From Octopus vulgaris (lineage: Eukaryota): 64,000 bases of DNA. Where the stretch lies: positions 92,752,001-92,816,000 of the forward strand of contig OX597823.1 in assembly GCA_951406725.2 (NCBI GenBank), read 5' to 3'. The notes under the pieces are model-generated. The model searched no databases and was not told where the DNA came from. It saw only the letters and a list, made by a program, of their open reading frames with translations. The number at the start of each line of letters is the position of its first letter. Position 1 is the first letter of the stretch. Below are positions 13,266 through 27,032 of the stretch, one piece after another. Made by a program: the position numbers and the translations under genes.

Positions 13266-13641
13266 GTGGCATTCCGTCGGTTACGACGACGAGGGTTCCA
13301 GTTGATCCAATCAACGGAACAGCCTGCTCGTTAAATTAACGTGCAAGTGGCTGAGCACTCCACAGACACGAGTAAGCTTAACGTAATTCTCGGGGAGTTT
13401 CAGCGTGACACAGAGCGTGACAAGGCTGGCCTTTTGAAATACAGGTACAACAGAAACTGGAAGAAAGAGTGAGAGAAAGTTGTGGTGAAAAAGTACAGCA
13501 GGTTTCGCCACTACACCCTGCCGGAGCCTCGTGAAGCTTTAGGTGTTTTCGCTCAATAAACACTCACAAAACCCGGTCTGGGAATCGAACCGCGATTCCA
13601 CGACCGTGAGTCCGCTGCTCTAACCACTGGGCCATGGCGCC
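13266..13641 (-). mobile_element. SINE family C, near full length
   Basis: Reverse complement: ggcgccatggcccagtggttagagcagcggactc...ggttcgattccc (A and B boxes). Confidence 0.85.
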
Positions 13642-13659
13642 TATACAATGTCATAAATA

Positions 13660-13812
13660 AAGATGACATGGCAGAAAAATCGTTAGCACACGCATAACGG
13701 CATTTCTGCCGCCTATTCGTTCTGAGTTCAAATTCGGCAGAGGTCAACTTTGCTCCCCATCCATTCGTGGTCGATAAAATAAGATCCAGTTGCGATCGAA
13801 GTTATCGAGTAG
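13660..13812 (+). mobile_element. SINE family B, degraded
   Basis: tggcagaaaaatcgttagc...ctgagttcaaattc...gtcgataaaataag. Confidence 0.7.
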
Positions 13813-13993
13813 CGTCCAATCAAACCTTTAACTATAGTAGGAAGAAAGTGTTATACACAAGTAGCTTTGTTCTCATAATACATTTTAGAAATATTTTAAA
13901 TTAATATTTGGGATTTCTATCAAGGCTGACCGATATAATAATGATTACTTTGTATAGAAGTACTACTATTAGCAGCAGCAGCAGCATAACTGT

Positions 13994-14034
<41 letters not shown>

Positions 14035-15344
14035 ACACTTCGTTTGGAGTTACCCTTGCTGCGCCATTTCCATAGTCGTTATTCTTACGATATTTTCGTG
14101 ATTGTTTAAGATCTAGAGAGCAATCACTTTCTAGTTATATCCTTATCTCGCTGCAGGCCTTTTAGCTGCTCTCTTCAAACACTTACACACACACGTGCAC
14201 GCTCACCAAATGACTATATATATGTGTGTGTGTGTGTGTGTATACTGAGAGATCGAGAGAGAGAGAGAGACAGGCAGAGGCAGAGACAAAGGTAGTGGGA
14301 AGAAACAGACGGGGACAGCTATGAACATATGTATGTTTTAATGGTGTTTATGAGTGCTTATGTACTTGACAATGTTCTGTATTGCCCAATAGGTAGGAAT
14401 GTGTGTATGTGTATGTGTGTGTATATGCGCGTGCGCGCGTGTGTGTGTGTGTGTGTGTGTGTGCGTGAGAGATCGTCGTTACTTCGTTATGTTAGTAAGA
14501 AAGGAAAACGGTTGTCCATTGTTGAAATATTGCTTAACATGCCATTAAATATGACAGGTTTGATAACGTTTACAAGAATGTGGTTTACAGGTCAAAAGCA
14601 GGAATGCGTAGGATTAGCAGCAAATGTTTTATCGTGTTTCTCTGCTTACAACCTGAATCGTGAATGAAATCCTGTATCATGCAATGTGGTAGGAACAGAA
14701 TTATTAAAAAAAAAAACTTCAGAATTTTTAGAAAATGACAACAGGGGAGAAGCAAAAATTTTGAACTCCTGGTCGCAAAAATTTATGAAATTTGTTCTTC
14801 GAGATATCTCGAATGCATTAAGATTTCACTGTAATCATAATAATAACAATACCTACGTCACATCTGTTATATATACAACACTATTATGCAGATATAAATA
14901 TGTAAGGCTCTCGAAAATTATCGGAATAGCCTTTTCAGAAATACAATTCAGTGAAGGTAGCGATGACGTATACTATGTGTTACTTCAGTTTACTAGAATT
15001 AGGTATCAAAATAACACTGAAAGTATAAAATATCTTAAGACTCAAACGCCATTTTGAATAATGTATTTATGGATATGTTTTGTCTAAATATCAAACGTGA
15101 TAATTATTTAGTGATGACCTGTGACTGAATTGCAGCAACCAAATCGATCAATTTTCCTGCTGTTCAAAAACTCCTGCTCTATGAGGCTAATGTTACTAAG
15201 ATATGACATGACAAAGTGAAATAATTATATTCTAAGCCCAACTTCTAAGCTAAATATTTTCCTCCATTAACAAGCATGGGAAATCGATCGAACAAGTATA
15301 TGTCGCTACTCCAAAACTAGACATGTTTACAATGTTAACTATTC

Positions 15345-15686
15345 TTTTCTAGTCTAGGCACGAGGCTCAAATTTTTTCTTGGGTGGGGGATATTAAATTA
15401 AATCGACCCCAGTACGCAACTGGTGCTTAATTTATCAATCCCGAAAGGATTAGAGGCAAAGCCAACCCCGCCGGAATTTGAATTCAGAACGTAACGGCTG
15501 ACGAAATACCCATTTCTTTACTACCGACAAGCGGTTATACACAGAGAAGAAAAAGAAAGACAGACAAACAGCTTAAGTCGATTATATCGACCCCAATGCA
15601 TAACTGGTACTCATTTAATCGATCCCGAAAGGATGAAAAGCAAAGTCGACCTCGGCGGAATTTGAACTCAGAACGTAGCGGCAGAA
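15345..15686 (-). mobile_element. SINE family B, dimeric body
   Basis: Two body units joined at the aaagaaat[a/g]|ggtatttcgtc junction near 15510. Confidence 0.8.
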
Positions 15687-15710
15687 TGACAACTATGGCA
15701 CTCTTCTAGT

Positions 15711-15819
15711 TATTTCTCAATAACTTCTGGAGGAGTTACCTCAGTCCTATATGATGTTAACAAAAAAAAACCAGATTATATAGGACTGAGGTAACTCCTC
15801 CAGAAGTTATAGAGAAATA
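15711..15819. repeat. Near-perfect inverted repeat (about 43-bp arms)
   Basis: tatttctcaataacttctggaggagttacctcagtcctatat / atataggactgaggtaactcctccagaagttatagagaaata. Confidence 0.9.
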
Positions 15820-16010
15820 TCGTCAGCCACTACGAGACATGCTCAAGGGGTTAAGGTCTAAAAACTGACTAGCAAATCATTGGTATTGAGCAGAGAATTC
15901 TTGTAGCCTATCATATATAACAAGACAAAACAACGTACATGGTAGCGTTTCTAGTTAGTTAAGAACAGAGGCCATGATTGCCACCGTCTGGTATTGTATC
16001 AGGGCATATA
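15820..16010 (-). mobile_element. Diverged copy of the 11.1-11.7 kb retroposon 3' region
   Basis: Reverse complement matches about 11150-11310. Confidence 0.65.
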
Positions 16011-16022
16011 TTATGATCAACA

Positions 16023-16069
<47 letters not shown>

Positions 16070-16071
<2 letters not shown>

Positions 16072-16240
16072 GTGTGCCTTGGGTATGTGCTGTGATTTGT
16101 TGTGATGCTCTGATGGTTATAGTATGGAAAGTGTTCTGCGTAGGATGTGTGCAGTGCCTAGTAGTGCAATTTTCTGTATGTTATATGTGTTTGTAAGTCC
16201 TGATGTTTTTGTTATGTATTTGTCTGAATATTTTTATTTT
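16070..16240 (-). mobile_element. R4/Dong 3' fragment next to (TAA)n
   Basis: tgtgtgccttgggtatgtgctgtg... matches about 30097-30260. Confidence 0.7.
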
Positions 16241-17204
16241 TTTATTATTATTATTTGTAGGTGAATACAAAATAATCCAGCAGAAATATGTCTCTGCTCT
16301 ATATTAATGAAGAGTCTGTTGCAACTTCATCACTTAATTCTGCCTCCTACATCCGAGATGTGTCGCAGAGTAAAGGATTGACTGAATTGCGTTACTGCGT
16401 GGCAAGTTGAGATCTGTTGTAAACAGTCTCGTGACCTTAGCCTTCTTCATTGCTAGAGACTCTCTCCACAGAGAAGGAAGGGAATTATGGCTAATTATTA
16501 ATTAATAAATGTATGGGCTGTGTACTTCTTCTGCTGCATTGCAGTTTATTTTCTGAAGATCCTATTCATTTTTCTTAGTTCTTGACCCTGTTTCTCTCAG
16601 AGTTCGTTTATGTGTTCTTCGTTTCTCAGTAATCGCTCCAACATTTTTCGGTTACAATTTATTTATTGTAAATCGTCAGCCAGATTTTCTAAGAAGTTTT
16701 TCCTGATTTCACAGTTTTGCTTTTCTTTTAACGCATTAAACCGATAAATATTTAATCATAAATGTCAAGACATTTCACGTTTCAAAGTACAGGAAGGATT
16801 ACCGAAATGGCAGCAATGCCACGAAAGATATCTCTTACATGTTACCTTAGATAACTACACAGAGCGAATAGGTTTTAACAAAATTATTCAGGAAAGTGTT
16901 ACGGCAATTTCCTTACAACTACCAAAAGAAAAACTGGAAGTATTAACAATGAAATAATCAGTACAAAATCACCAACATTTTTCCAGCCGGTAATAGCAAT
17001 AATGAAAAGGGCGAAATATAAAAACTAGCAACATGTCCCTTTGCTACGTTTTCTTGTTTTAAATCCGACTTTTTCAGTCGCAAGTTTGAGAAGCAGAAAT
17101 AGTGAAATTAAGATGAATAACAGCAGGAAAAGGAACTTGAAGAGAAAAGAAAACATACACAGCAGCACCTTCGCAACACCTTCACCAATATTTCAAGCTA
17201 AGAA

Positions 17205-17420
17205 AGGCGGCGACCTGGCAGAATCGTTAGTACGGCGAGCAAGATGCTTAGTGTCATCTTGTCGGTCCTCGCATTCTGAGTTCAAATCCCACCGAGATCG
17301 ACATAACCTTTTATACATTCTGGGTCGATTAAAATAAATACCAGTTGAGCACAGAGGTCGAGGGAATCGACTTACCCCTTCCACAAATTTGATGGCCTTG
17401 TGCGAAAATTTGAAACCAAT
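17205..17420 (+). mobile_element. SINE family B
   Basis: ggcggcgacctggcagaatcgttag...ctgagttcaaatc...gggtcgattaaaataaataccag. Confidence 0.8.
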
Positions 17421-17654
17421 ATCTCAGGTAAAGTAGTAGAAATATGTGGGAAAATGCCGTTCCATTGACAATGACTAACAAAGTCATTTTCCTTAACAAC
17501 ATCACCTTATGAACTAGCAACACTTCCAACAAGAAATCTATGATTTTTCAACACTTTTCTCTATGCAGTTCTATATTTAAGAGATGAAGAATTATGTACA
17601 TTATTTACATTATTTACATTTGATGGATATTTGTCCTCATCTTGTTTGTTGTTA

Positions 17655-17697
17655 ACACAACGTTTCGGCTGATATACCCTCAGTCTTCATCAGGTGT
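17655..17697 (-). ncRNA. Minimal type I hammerhead ribozyme
   Basis: acac CUGAUGA a gacug..cagcc GAAA cg UU gugu. Helix I is acac/gugu; helix III is the palindrome AACGUU. Confidence 0.8.
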
Positions 17698-17756
17698 CTT
17701 GGGGAAATTTCAAAACTGGGTTCTCATTCCTACGGTATTTTTCGATGTAGTTGTTG

Positions 17757-17833
<77 letters not shown>

Positions 17834-17964
17834 ATTATTCGGGTCACTGCCTAGAATCGAACTTGGAATCTTGGGTTCAGTAGCCCGCGCTCTTAACTAT
17901 TACAGACGGACATAACATCAAAAATAACGTAGGAATGAGAATCAGGGTTAAAACTTTTCCCAAG

Positions 17965-18008
17965 ACACCTGATGAAGGCTGGGGAGTATATCAACCGAAA
18001 CGTTGTAT
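17965..18008 (+). ncRNA. Minimal type I hammerhead ribozyme (inverted copy)
   Basis: acac CUGAUGA a ggcug..caacc GAAA cg UU guau, with one mismatch each in helices I and II. Confidence 0.75.
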
Positions 18009-18271
18009 TAACAACAAACAAGATGAGGACAAATATCCGTCAAATGTAAATAATCGTTCGCTGTATCCTCCACTAGAGCTATGAAAGATGTATTTATTGT
18101 CGGCTCACAAATAATGACGAGAATGTATATTCAGGATCATGGTTAATAGCCGACTGTTGAATCGGATATTTATTACTGCCAAAACCAAATGGTTTATTGA
18201 GTAAACCTATTGTTGAAATATACCTGGGGCCATATTCTGGTTCAAGTATAATGTCACCTGTTGCAAATGGA

Positions 18272-18460
18272 TAGAGTTGGCAGGATCGTTAGCTCTTCAG
18301 GCAAAATGCTGAGTGATATTTCTTTCTGATCTTTGTATTCCGAGTTGAAATTTCGCTGTGGTCAAATTTACCTCATATCGCTTTCGGGTCAATAAAGTAA
18401 CGTAGTAGTCCAGTTATGAGGGGGCCAATGTAATCGATATGTACATATGACCCAAAATTG
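18272..18460 (+). mobile_element. SINE family B, degraded
   Basis: gagttggcaggatcgttagc...ccgagttgaaatt...ttcgggtcaataaa. Confidence 0.6.
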
Positions 18461-19198
18461 AGGATCGCGAACCGTGGGCAACAAGCCGGCGCCTTCTTCA
18501 TAGGGTATCCTGTGATCTCACTCATTAACACGCCGGGGAAAATGTGTAGCCGCTCAATAAAACGCCCTTGTCGGGAAATAGATTTGCTTTTTGAAAACTT
18601 ATTATATAAAAGATTATATGTACTCTCAAAATTAAATGTTTGCGAAAATCAGGAAGATAACATGAGGATACAGGTGTTAGACAGCTATTGATAGCCAAGG
18701 GAATGTGTGACTGAATCATTCAAGATATTCCCTCGACCCATTTGTTTGTTAGGAATACGAAAAGAAAACTCCACGTCAAGTATTTATTGAAAATATATTT
18801 CAAATCTATGACTTCAATTATGGTTTATGTTATTCGGTGTTAATTTGGGCCTGAAGGGCAACCCACGGAAGGATGACGGAACTTGATGTTAGCCATTGTT
18901 CTTCCAGGTTTCGATATACAAAGCCTATGTATAAAATAAACAATGATAACTGGATTTTGGCGGTGGTGGTGGTGGTGGTGGTGGTGGTCGTCGTCGTCGT
19001 CGTCGTGTTGATGGTGGAGGTGGTGGCGATGGTTTTGTTGGTGGTGGGGTGATGCGGATTATGATGACACTGATGAGGAGAATGTAGAAACGAAGAAAGG
19101 GGGTAGAGGACATTACTGTGCTGAAGTCAATAAAAGACGATTTTTTATGACAATCCGTGGCGATGCAATCCGTTTGGGTGGAAACAATATACAAGTGG

Positions 19199-19607
19199 AG
19201 GCGGCAAGCTGGCAGAAACGTTAGCGCGCCGGGTGAAATGCTCAGTGGTATTTCGTCTGCCGCTACGTTCAAATTCCACCAAGGTCGACTTTGCCTTTCA
19301 TCCTTTCGAGGTCGATAAATTAAGTACCAGTTGCGCACTGGGGTCGATGTAGCCGACTTAATCCGTCTGTTTGTCTGTCCTTGTTTGTTCTCTCTGTGTT
19401 TAGCCCATTGTGGGTAGTAAAGAAATAGGTATTTCGTCTGCCGTTACGTCTGCCTGAGTTCAAATTCCGTCGACGTCGACTTTGCCTTTTCAGGGTCGAT
19501 AAATTAAGAATCAGTTACGCACTGGGGTCGATGTAGTCGACTTGATCCCTTTGTCTGTCCTTCTTTGTCCCCTCTCTGTTTAGCCCCATGTGGGTAGTAA
19601 AGAAATA

Positions 19608-19608
<1 letters not shown>
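19199..19608 (+). mobile_element. SINE family B, dimeric body, followed by (ATT)n
   Basis: Head ggcggcaagctggcagaaacgttagc. Core ttgcctttcatcctttcg.ggtcgataaattaagtacc (Meta/Sauria-like). The body repeats from 19428. Confidence 0.85.
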
Positions 19609-19701
<93 letters not shown>

Positions 19702-20700
19702 TTATCATTATCACCATCATCGTCATCATCATCATTATTATTGGTTGGTTGTCCTCAATCTTAGAAAACTGAACAAAACGCATTGTGGTATTTATACCGG
19801 CTTCGTACGATCCCTCTTCAAATGAAGTGATCTGCAGCTAAAATGTTCCCTTTACTTTTTTCGAGATAAACTCTGGAAGCGTTTGAGCGTTATATCACTC
19901 ATTATAAATGTGCGACACTGTGGGAACGACCGTTGTAATTCTTATTTGCATGGTTTGACTAGAACCAGCTTTGAATGAGGATTCATTGATATATTGGAGA
20001 AGAAATATTGGAGTTGACTAAAACTTTACAAGTTTTCCAAGGTGAAAGTAAACCAGCTTGAAGCTAAAATATACCATCCTAGTCAGAAATATAATCTTCC
20101 CATGAAGAATGTAAATTCATTTGAGGTGTTTCAGCTGTTGTGAGTCAAAATAACGAAACAACCATTTATTATTCAATGCCTGGCTGCTTATTGCGGCGAT
20201 ACGTTCATTTTGTGTTAGTTGTATGCAGTAATATGCAGTCAGCCATATAGAGACAGCCAGAAGCTAAAATGGTAAGCGCTGTTGTTAAGTTGAGAAATTG
20301 ATACATAATTAATAAAATGGAGATAGAATTATTACATTTCTATGTATTTCCTATATATTTAGTGTTACACATATTTGATATATTCGATATATTTCATACA
20401 TTATATACATGCAGGTGCATAACTACACAGGCAAACTATATGCACATACAAAAATACATGTATATGCATGCATACATAACTACGTGTATATATACAAACA
20501 TACACACATATATATATATATATATACATACACACACACACTCATATATATATATATGTTTATATTTATATATATATATATATATGTATGTGTGTATATG
20601 CACATATATATATATACATAAGAAATATGTTTTTTCTCTGTGTGTATATTTGTGCTTGTGATTGAAGAGTGTCTCGTGTCAAGTTCAGAAGTATTAAATG

Positions 20701-20745
<45 letters not shown>

Positions 20746-20984
20746 TTTCTTGCTAACTATTAACTTTGCAGCTTCTCATATCAGCGTTGGCTTCGTGATC
20801 ATTGAACAGCAGAAATTCAGTCCGTATCAATTTACTTTATTTTACACAAATAAAATGTGTGTGTATGTACGGACATATGTATGAATATATGCCATTATTT
20901 AGTATTATATCAAGATTTCTTGCCAATATTTAAAGAGCCGATTTGTAACTTAGATCTACAGCTTTTTCATTGGAATTTCAATAA

Positions 20985-21349
20985 CAACAACGGGTGTCAT
21001 GTTTCATAGGAACAATGCCGCGACCCACACTGCAAAGATCACATCCCAGAAGACCTAAGAGCTTGGTTGAGAAAAAATTCCTCATCCACCTTATTTTTCC
21101 GACCTTGCTCCTTCAGACTGCCATTTGTTTCGTAGTTTACAGAATCATTGGGCGGGGGACATAAATTTCAGAGTTCTTTGTTGTGAAACCAAACGAGTTT
21201 TACATTGATGGGATTAAAAAGCTTTCAAAAAGATGGAAGTCATAGATAATCAGGGAAAGTAGGTTGATGATTAAATTTTAATTAAACATAACATTTGATC
21301 ACTTGTTTTCTTTATTCAAAATTCGGACAGAACTTATGGGATGACCTGA
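20985..21349 (+). mobile_element. Mariner 3' fragment
   Basis: Degenerate FH.NNA..HTA and PHPPYFSDLAPSDCHLF (YSPDLAPSD motif), ending in a TIR-like ...gggatgacctga followed by TA. Confidence 0.8.
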
Positions 21350-22130
21350 TATTTAAACCGTCATCGTTCTAAGAAAAAAAAGATAACCAAACCACTAGCA
21401 CCAATTGCAAGCGATTCCAATGCGAAGATATACGTGTTTAGATGAGTGTATACTCAGCTAATTTCTATGCGATGTTGTTTGTAACCGCGTTCTATTTCAG
21501 CAACTAGGCATAGCACACAAAATTTATTTATATCGATCATTTCTACAAGGCAGAAGGAAGTGAATTCTTCTTCAAAAATCTTTCCATCAGAAAAAATCCC
21601 TGCCATAGTTTCACCTTTACAATAAAAAGAATTGTGATTTTTAATATGCTTTGATGTCTCCCCATGTGGTGGTAGTGATAGTGATTTACGAAATATTATG
21701 CGCATTATATGAATTACAGAGGCAACTGAAATTATGAGAGTGTTTTTATTAATTATGGTCAATCATGATAGCACTGCTTACGATATCACTGAATACGATA
21801 TCTTTCAGATAAAGAGCTAATGCAAATATATTTCTTATTATCGTAGGTTTACTGGTTTGCGTAAGAGATTTGCATGACAAACGAATATTACTGGGGTTCT
21901 TTAAGAAAGATATAAAATGACCTGAATGAAACAACAGGATAAGAATTGTGTAATTTCAATTTATTAATGATAGAATTAGCACTTGAAAATCTTTTCAGGG
22001 ATTCTCTATTGCAAGCAATTTGCATAATCATATGCACAGGATAGAAAGTATGTATACAATTTTACACACGCGTACACACATTTACACGGACACATACTTG
22101 TATACATATTATAAACATAATACCTTGTAT

Positions 22131-22350
22131 GGCGGCGAGCTGGCAGAACCGTTAGCACACCGGGTAAATTGCGTATCCGTATTTCGTCTGCCGTTACGTT
22201 CTGAGTTCAAATTCCGCCGAGGTCGACTTTGCCCTTCATCATTTCAGGGTCGATAAATTAAGTACCAGTTACGCACTATAATCGACTTAATCCGTTTGTC
22301 TGTATTTGAATGTCCGCTCTATGTGTAGCCCCTTCTGGGTAATAAAGAAA
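22131..22350 (+). mobile_element. SINE family B
   Basis: ggcggcgagctggcagaaccgttagc...tgggtaataaagaaat. Confidence 0.85.
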
Positions 22351-22899
22351 TATATATATATACACACACACAGGTAAGTCCACACACACACAAATACTTA
22401 GACTTACATATATATAAACATATACATATATATGTATATGAATTTTAGCACTCGCTTTTCGTCGTTTTTTTTTTCTAAGGAATGGGAGGCAGGCTATCTA
22501 TTTAACCCGGAGTAATTGTAGAAACGTCTGATGAGAAACGAGATGCTGTTGATCAAATTTCCAAATAACGCGATAACGCTTTATCAAACTAGTTCATTCT
22601 GCGTGTCGATCTCGCCAATACAAGATGTTGTAGCTTGCTGCTTGCAGTCCTGAATATTTCATGAGGTTAGTAATTTTGTGCGTCGGTTCGAGCCAAATTT
22701 TAGCTCTCATTTCTAGCACTTCTCGGTGCTATTTTGCATCCTCATTTATTAATTTCACTTTCTGGGATTTAATTGCTATAGCCATCTTTATTATAATGTA
22801 TTTAATTTATCTTAATATATTAATATATTATTGTAAAATACTGTTGCATGTATGTGTCTGTATATATATATATATATATATACATACACACACATACAA

Positions 22900-24264
<1,365 letters not shown>

Positions 24265-24279
24265 TATACACACACGCGA

Positions 24280-24313
<34 letters not shown>

Positions 24314-25239
24314 GATCAGATATGGATATCGCTGTAAATTCGTTGTACAGATTTGGCTGTCCGCCTACATAGTTATCAATTGCAAAATAATTTAATGTAA
24401 ATTTTTTACGTAACCTGATATCCGTTTATGTGTTTTCATATCATATGAAGATGGATATCCCATCCCATAGATTATACTTAAGAATTGATGTCTTTTTAAA
24501 TCATGTAAACTACTGTATTAAGATTTCTTATCTCTCACGTAAGCAACACTTATATAGAGATTCAATGTGTGATTTGAGATGAATGTCGTCTTCGCATTCC
24601 ACTCGAGTATTTGACGTATTCTCACAGTCATATGCACAATATCGATAGTTTTGAGTACCAGAGAAATACATATTGTGTAAATGTTTATTTGTACTTCATG
24701 GGACACTGTGTGGAATATCGATATAAAATTAGGCTGATAGTTTATGCACCTCTCCACGTAAAACCGATGTTGAAGATAGTATAACATGACACTATGGAGT
24801 TAACGCATCTCACTATATTTCACGTCAAGAGATTACTCTAGCTTTTATGCTAATTGGTTGGATTATTTTCGTGTGATTTCAGATTTCATTTATTCCATTT
24901 AGCATTAATGGTTGGATTAAAGCTTTACATGAATTTACCGGCCCCTGTATGCTTGATATAGCCTTGTCATTCCACACCGGATGAATGTCGTTAAGACAAC
25001 GAGTTCCGGGGTGATTGACCTAGGATTATTAATATAAATCCTACTCGCTTAGGATATAAATTAATGAAGTTGAAATATCAATCTGAATTTATAGTTAGAA
25101 ACAGAGAGATTGGTCTTAGTCCCTCTACATTATAATCAATAAAGGGGCCGCCGCGGGTTTATTAAATATTTGGTTCACAGAAAATCATTCGGTGCTGAAT
25201 GTTTCCTCTTTCAATATATCTCACTTACAAAACTATTTT

Positions 25240-25467
25240 TTATTACCCACAAGGGGCTAAACGCAGAGGGGACAAACAAGGAGAGACATAGGTATTAAGT
25301 CGATTACATCGACCCCATGCGTAACTGGTACTTAACTTATCGACCCCGAAAGGATGAAATGCAAAGTCGACCTCGGCAGAATTTGAACGCACAACGTAAC
25401 GGCAGACGAAGAAAAACCACTAAGCATTTCGCCCGGCGTGCTAACGTCTCTGCCAGCTCGCCGCCTT
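25240..25467 (-). mobile_element. SINE family B
   Basis: Ends ...tctgccagctcgccgcct on the plus strand. Confidence 0.85.
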
Positions 25468-25879
25468 TCCCTCTCCCTTACAAACCAACAATAGGGTTTA
25501 TATTAAAATTTTAACAGTTTCTTAGTAATCAAAGCACTCTACTATTTCCTATTACCAAACGATTCATTAACTGTTTTCTACACATCATTCTGTTGAAATG
25601 ACATTCTCATTGTTGAGCATTCGTGGCTCAATTGAGTAACACGTTTTGAACAAACTGCGTTGAGTCGAGCTGGAGAAAATAAAAGAGTGAAAGAATAAAG
25701 ACTTCAGTAACTTACGTATTTGTTTACAATTCTACCCTAAGGTTTTTCTTCTCCACTCAGAGTTCTATTTAATTGCACATCACAGTATCACAGTACCGAC
25801 AAGACCATCAGCCGCTGTTATACATTTCTGGTCACAATGCGCTTCCAATTCTATCTCGATTGAGTTATTCTTTTCTATC

Positions 25880-26010
25880 GTGACACAAGTTGCTTAGTTA
25901 GAACATTGTGGTCTTCCCATCCATATGGAGGCCTTCCAAGTGGTCTTTTCCGGTCTATTGGATACCACTCGGCAGCTGCCATGGATCAACTCGTTGTCTG
26001 TGAACATTGT
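25880..26010 (-). mobile_element. RTE-clade LINE C-terminal remnant
   Basis: Minus translation AAEWYPIDRKRPLGRPPYGWED matches the RTE W.P...KRP.GRP..RW motif. Confidence 0.55.
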
Positions 26011-26284
26011 GACAAATCATTGTGAATATTGTGACAAAGGTAACCAATCCAATATAATAATACTTTGATACATTGATTGAGTAGCATAGGTACCTGATAT
26101 TTTGCTGGATTCTTTGGAGGTCTTCCGATGAAATCAAAGTTGGATTCGCATCATCTTTGCTAATAATATAAACCCAGTCATGTTCTTAGTTTATATCATT
26201 GTCATATCCTTCATTCCAATTTTGGCAAAATCGCAGTAAGAGAAATCATTATTTGGCAGATGTTCATGTATATTCACTTAGGCA

Positions 26285-26362
<78 letters not shown>

Positions 26363-26365
26363 CTA

Positions 26366-26430
26366 AAAGGTGGTGCTCCAGCATGGCCGCAGTCAAATGA
26401 CTGAAACAAGTAAAAGAGAGAGAGTAAAAA

Positions 26431-26468
<38 letters not shown>

Positions 26469-26829
26469 TCTTTACTCTCTCTCTTTACTTGTTTCAGTCA
26501 TTTGACTGCGGCCATGCTGGAGCACCACCTTTTAGTACTTATTCTATCGGTCTCTTTTTGCCGAACCGCTAAGTGACGGGGACATAAACACACCAGCATC
26601 GGTTGTCAAGCAATGCTAGGGGGACAAACACAGACACACAAACACACATATACATATATATATACATATATACGACAGGCTTCTTTCAGTTTCCGTCTAC
26701 CAAATCCACTCACAAGGCATTGGTCGGCCCGGGGCTATAGCAGAAGACACTTGCCCAAGATGCCACGCAGTGGGACTGAACCCGCAACCGTGTGGTTGGT
26801 TAGCAAGCTACTTACCACACAGCCACTCC

Positions 26830-26830
<1 letters not shown>
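26366..26830 (-). mobile_element. SINE family A (26467-26830) with an inverted duplicate of its 3' end (about 26366-26432) across (TA)n
   Basis: aaaaggtggtgctccagcatggccgcagtcaaatgactgaaacaagtaaaagagagagagtaaa and its near reverse complement flank a TA tract. Confidence 0.85.
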
Positions 26831-26856
<26 letters not shown>

Positions 26857-26860
<4 letters not shown>

Positions 26861-27032
26861 AGAGTTTACGAAAAAAGCAAAAGACAAAGACAGGTGGTGT
26901 ACAGAACAAACAGATGTATTAGTATAACGCTCAGGAATAGAAAAATTCTTTTACGTTTCGAGCCTACGCTCTTCTACAGAAAGGGACACAGAAAAAACAA
27001 GGAGAGAAAAAATGTGTGTAGTGGCTAACAAT
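26857..27032 (-). mobile_element. PLE-type pLTR fragment with variant HHR at 26948-26983
   Basis: cuuu CUGUAGA a gagc(guag)gcuc GAAA cg UA aaag. A second, degraded copy lies at about 31790-31945. Confidence 0.7.

Larger units (their letters stand above)
17567..18056 (-). mobile_element. tRNA-headed non-autonomous element with HHR tail and inverted 5' copy of the tail (PLE-type structure)
   Basis: On the minus strand: tRNA-like head (about 17903-17840), (AAT)n, then an HHR-bearing tail (about 17750-17567). An inverted tail copy lies at about 17912-18056. Confidence 0.75.

Noticed and set aside
13570-13641. Functional tRNA genes here and at 7326 and 17840
   Set aside because: The cloverleaves are incomplete and run into SINE bodies, so they are tRNA-derived heads.
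21782-21921. Possible 140-bp minus-strand exon (ttcattcag|...atc|gtaagc) with an open frame; also a plus-strand acceptor near 63487
   Set aside because: The peptides are unrecognisable and such sites occur by chance in AT-rich DNA. Too weak to call without RNA data.
22520-22545. ctgatgagaaac as a hammerhead
   Set aside because: There is no helix II between CUGAUGA and GAAA and no helix I.
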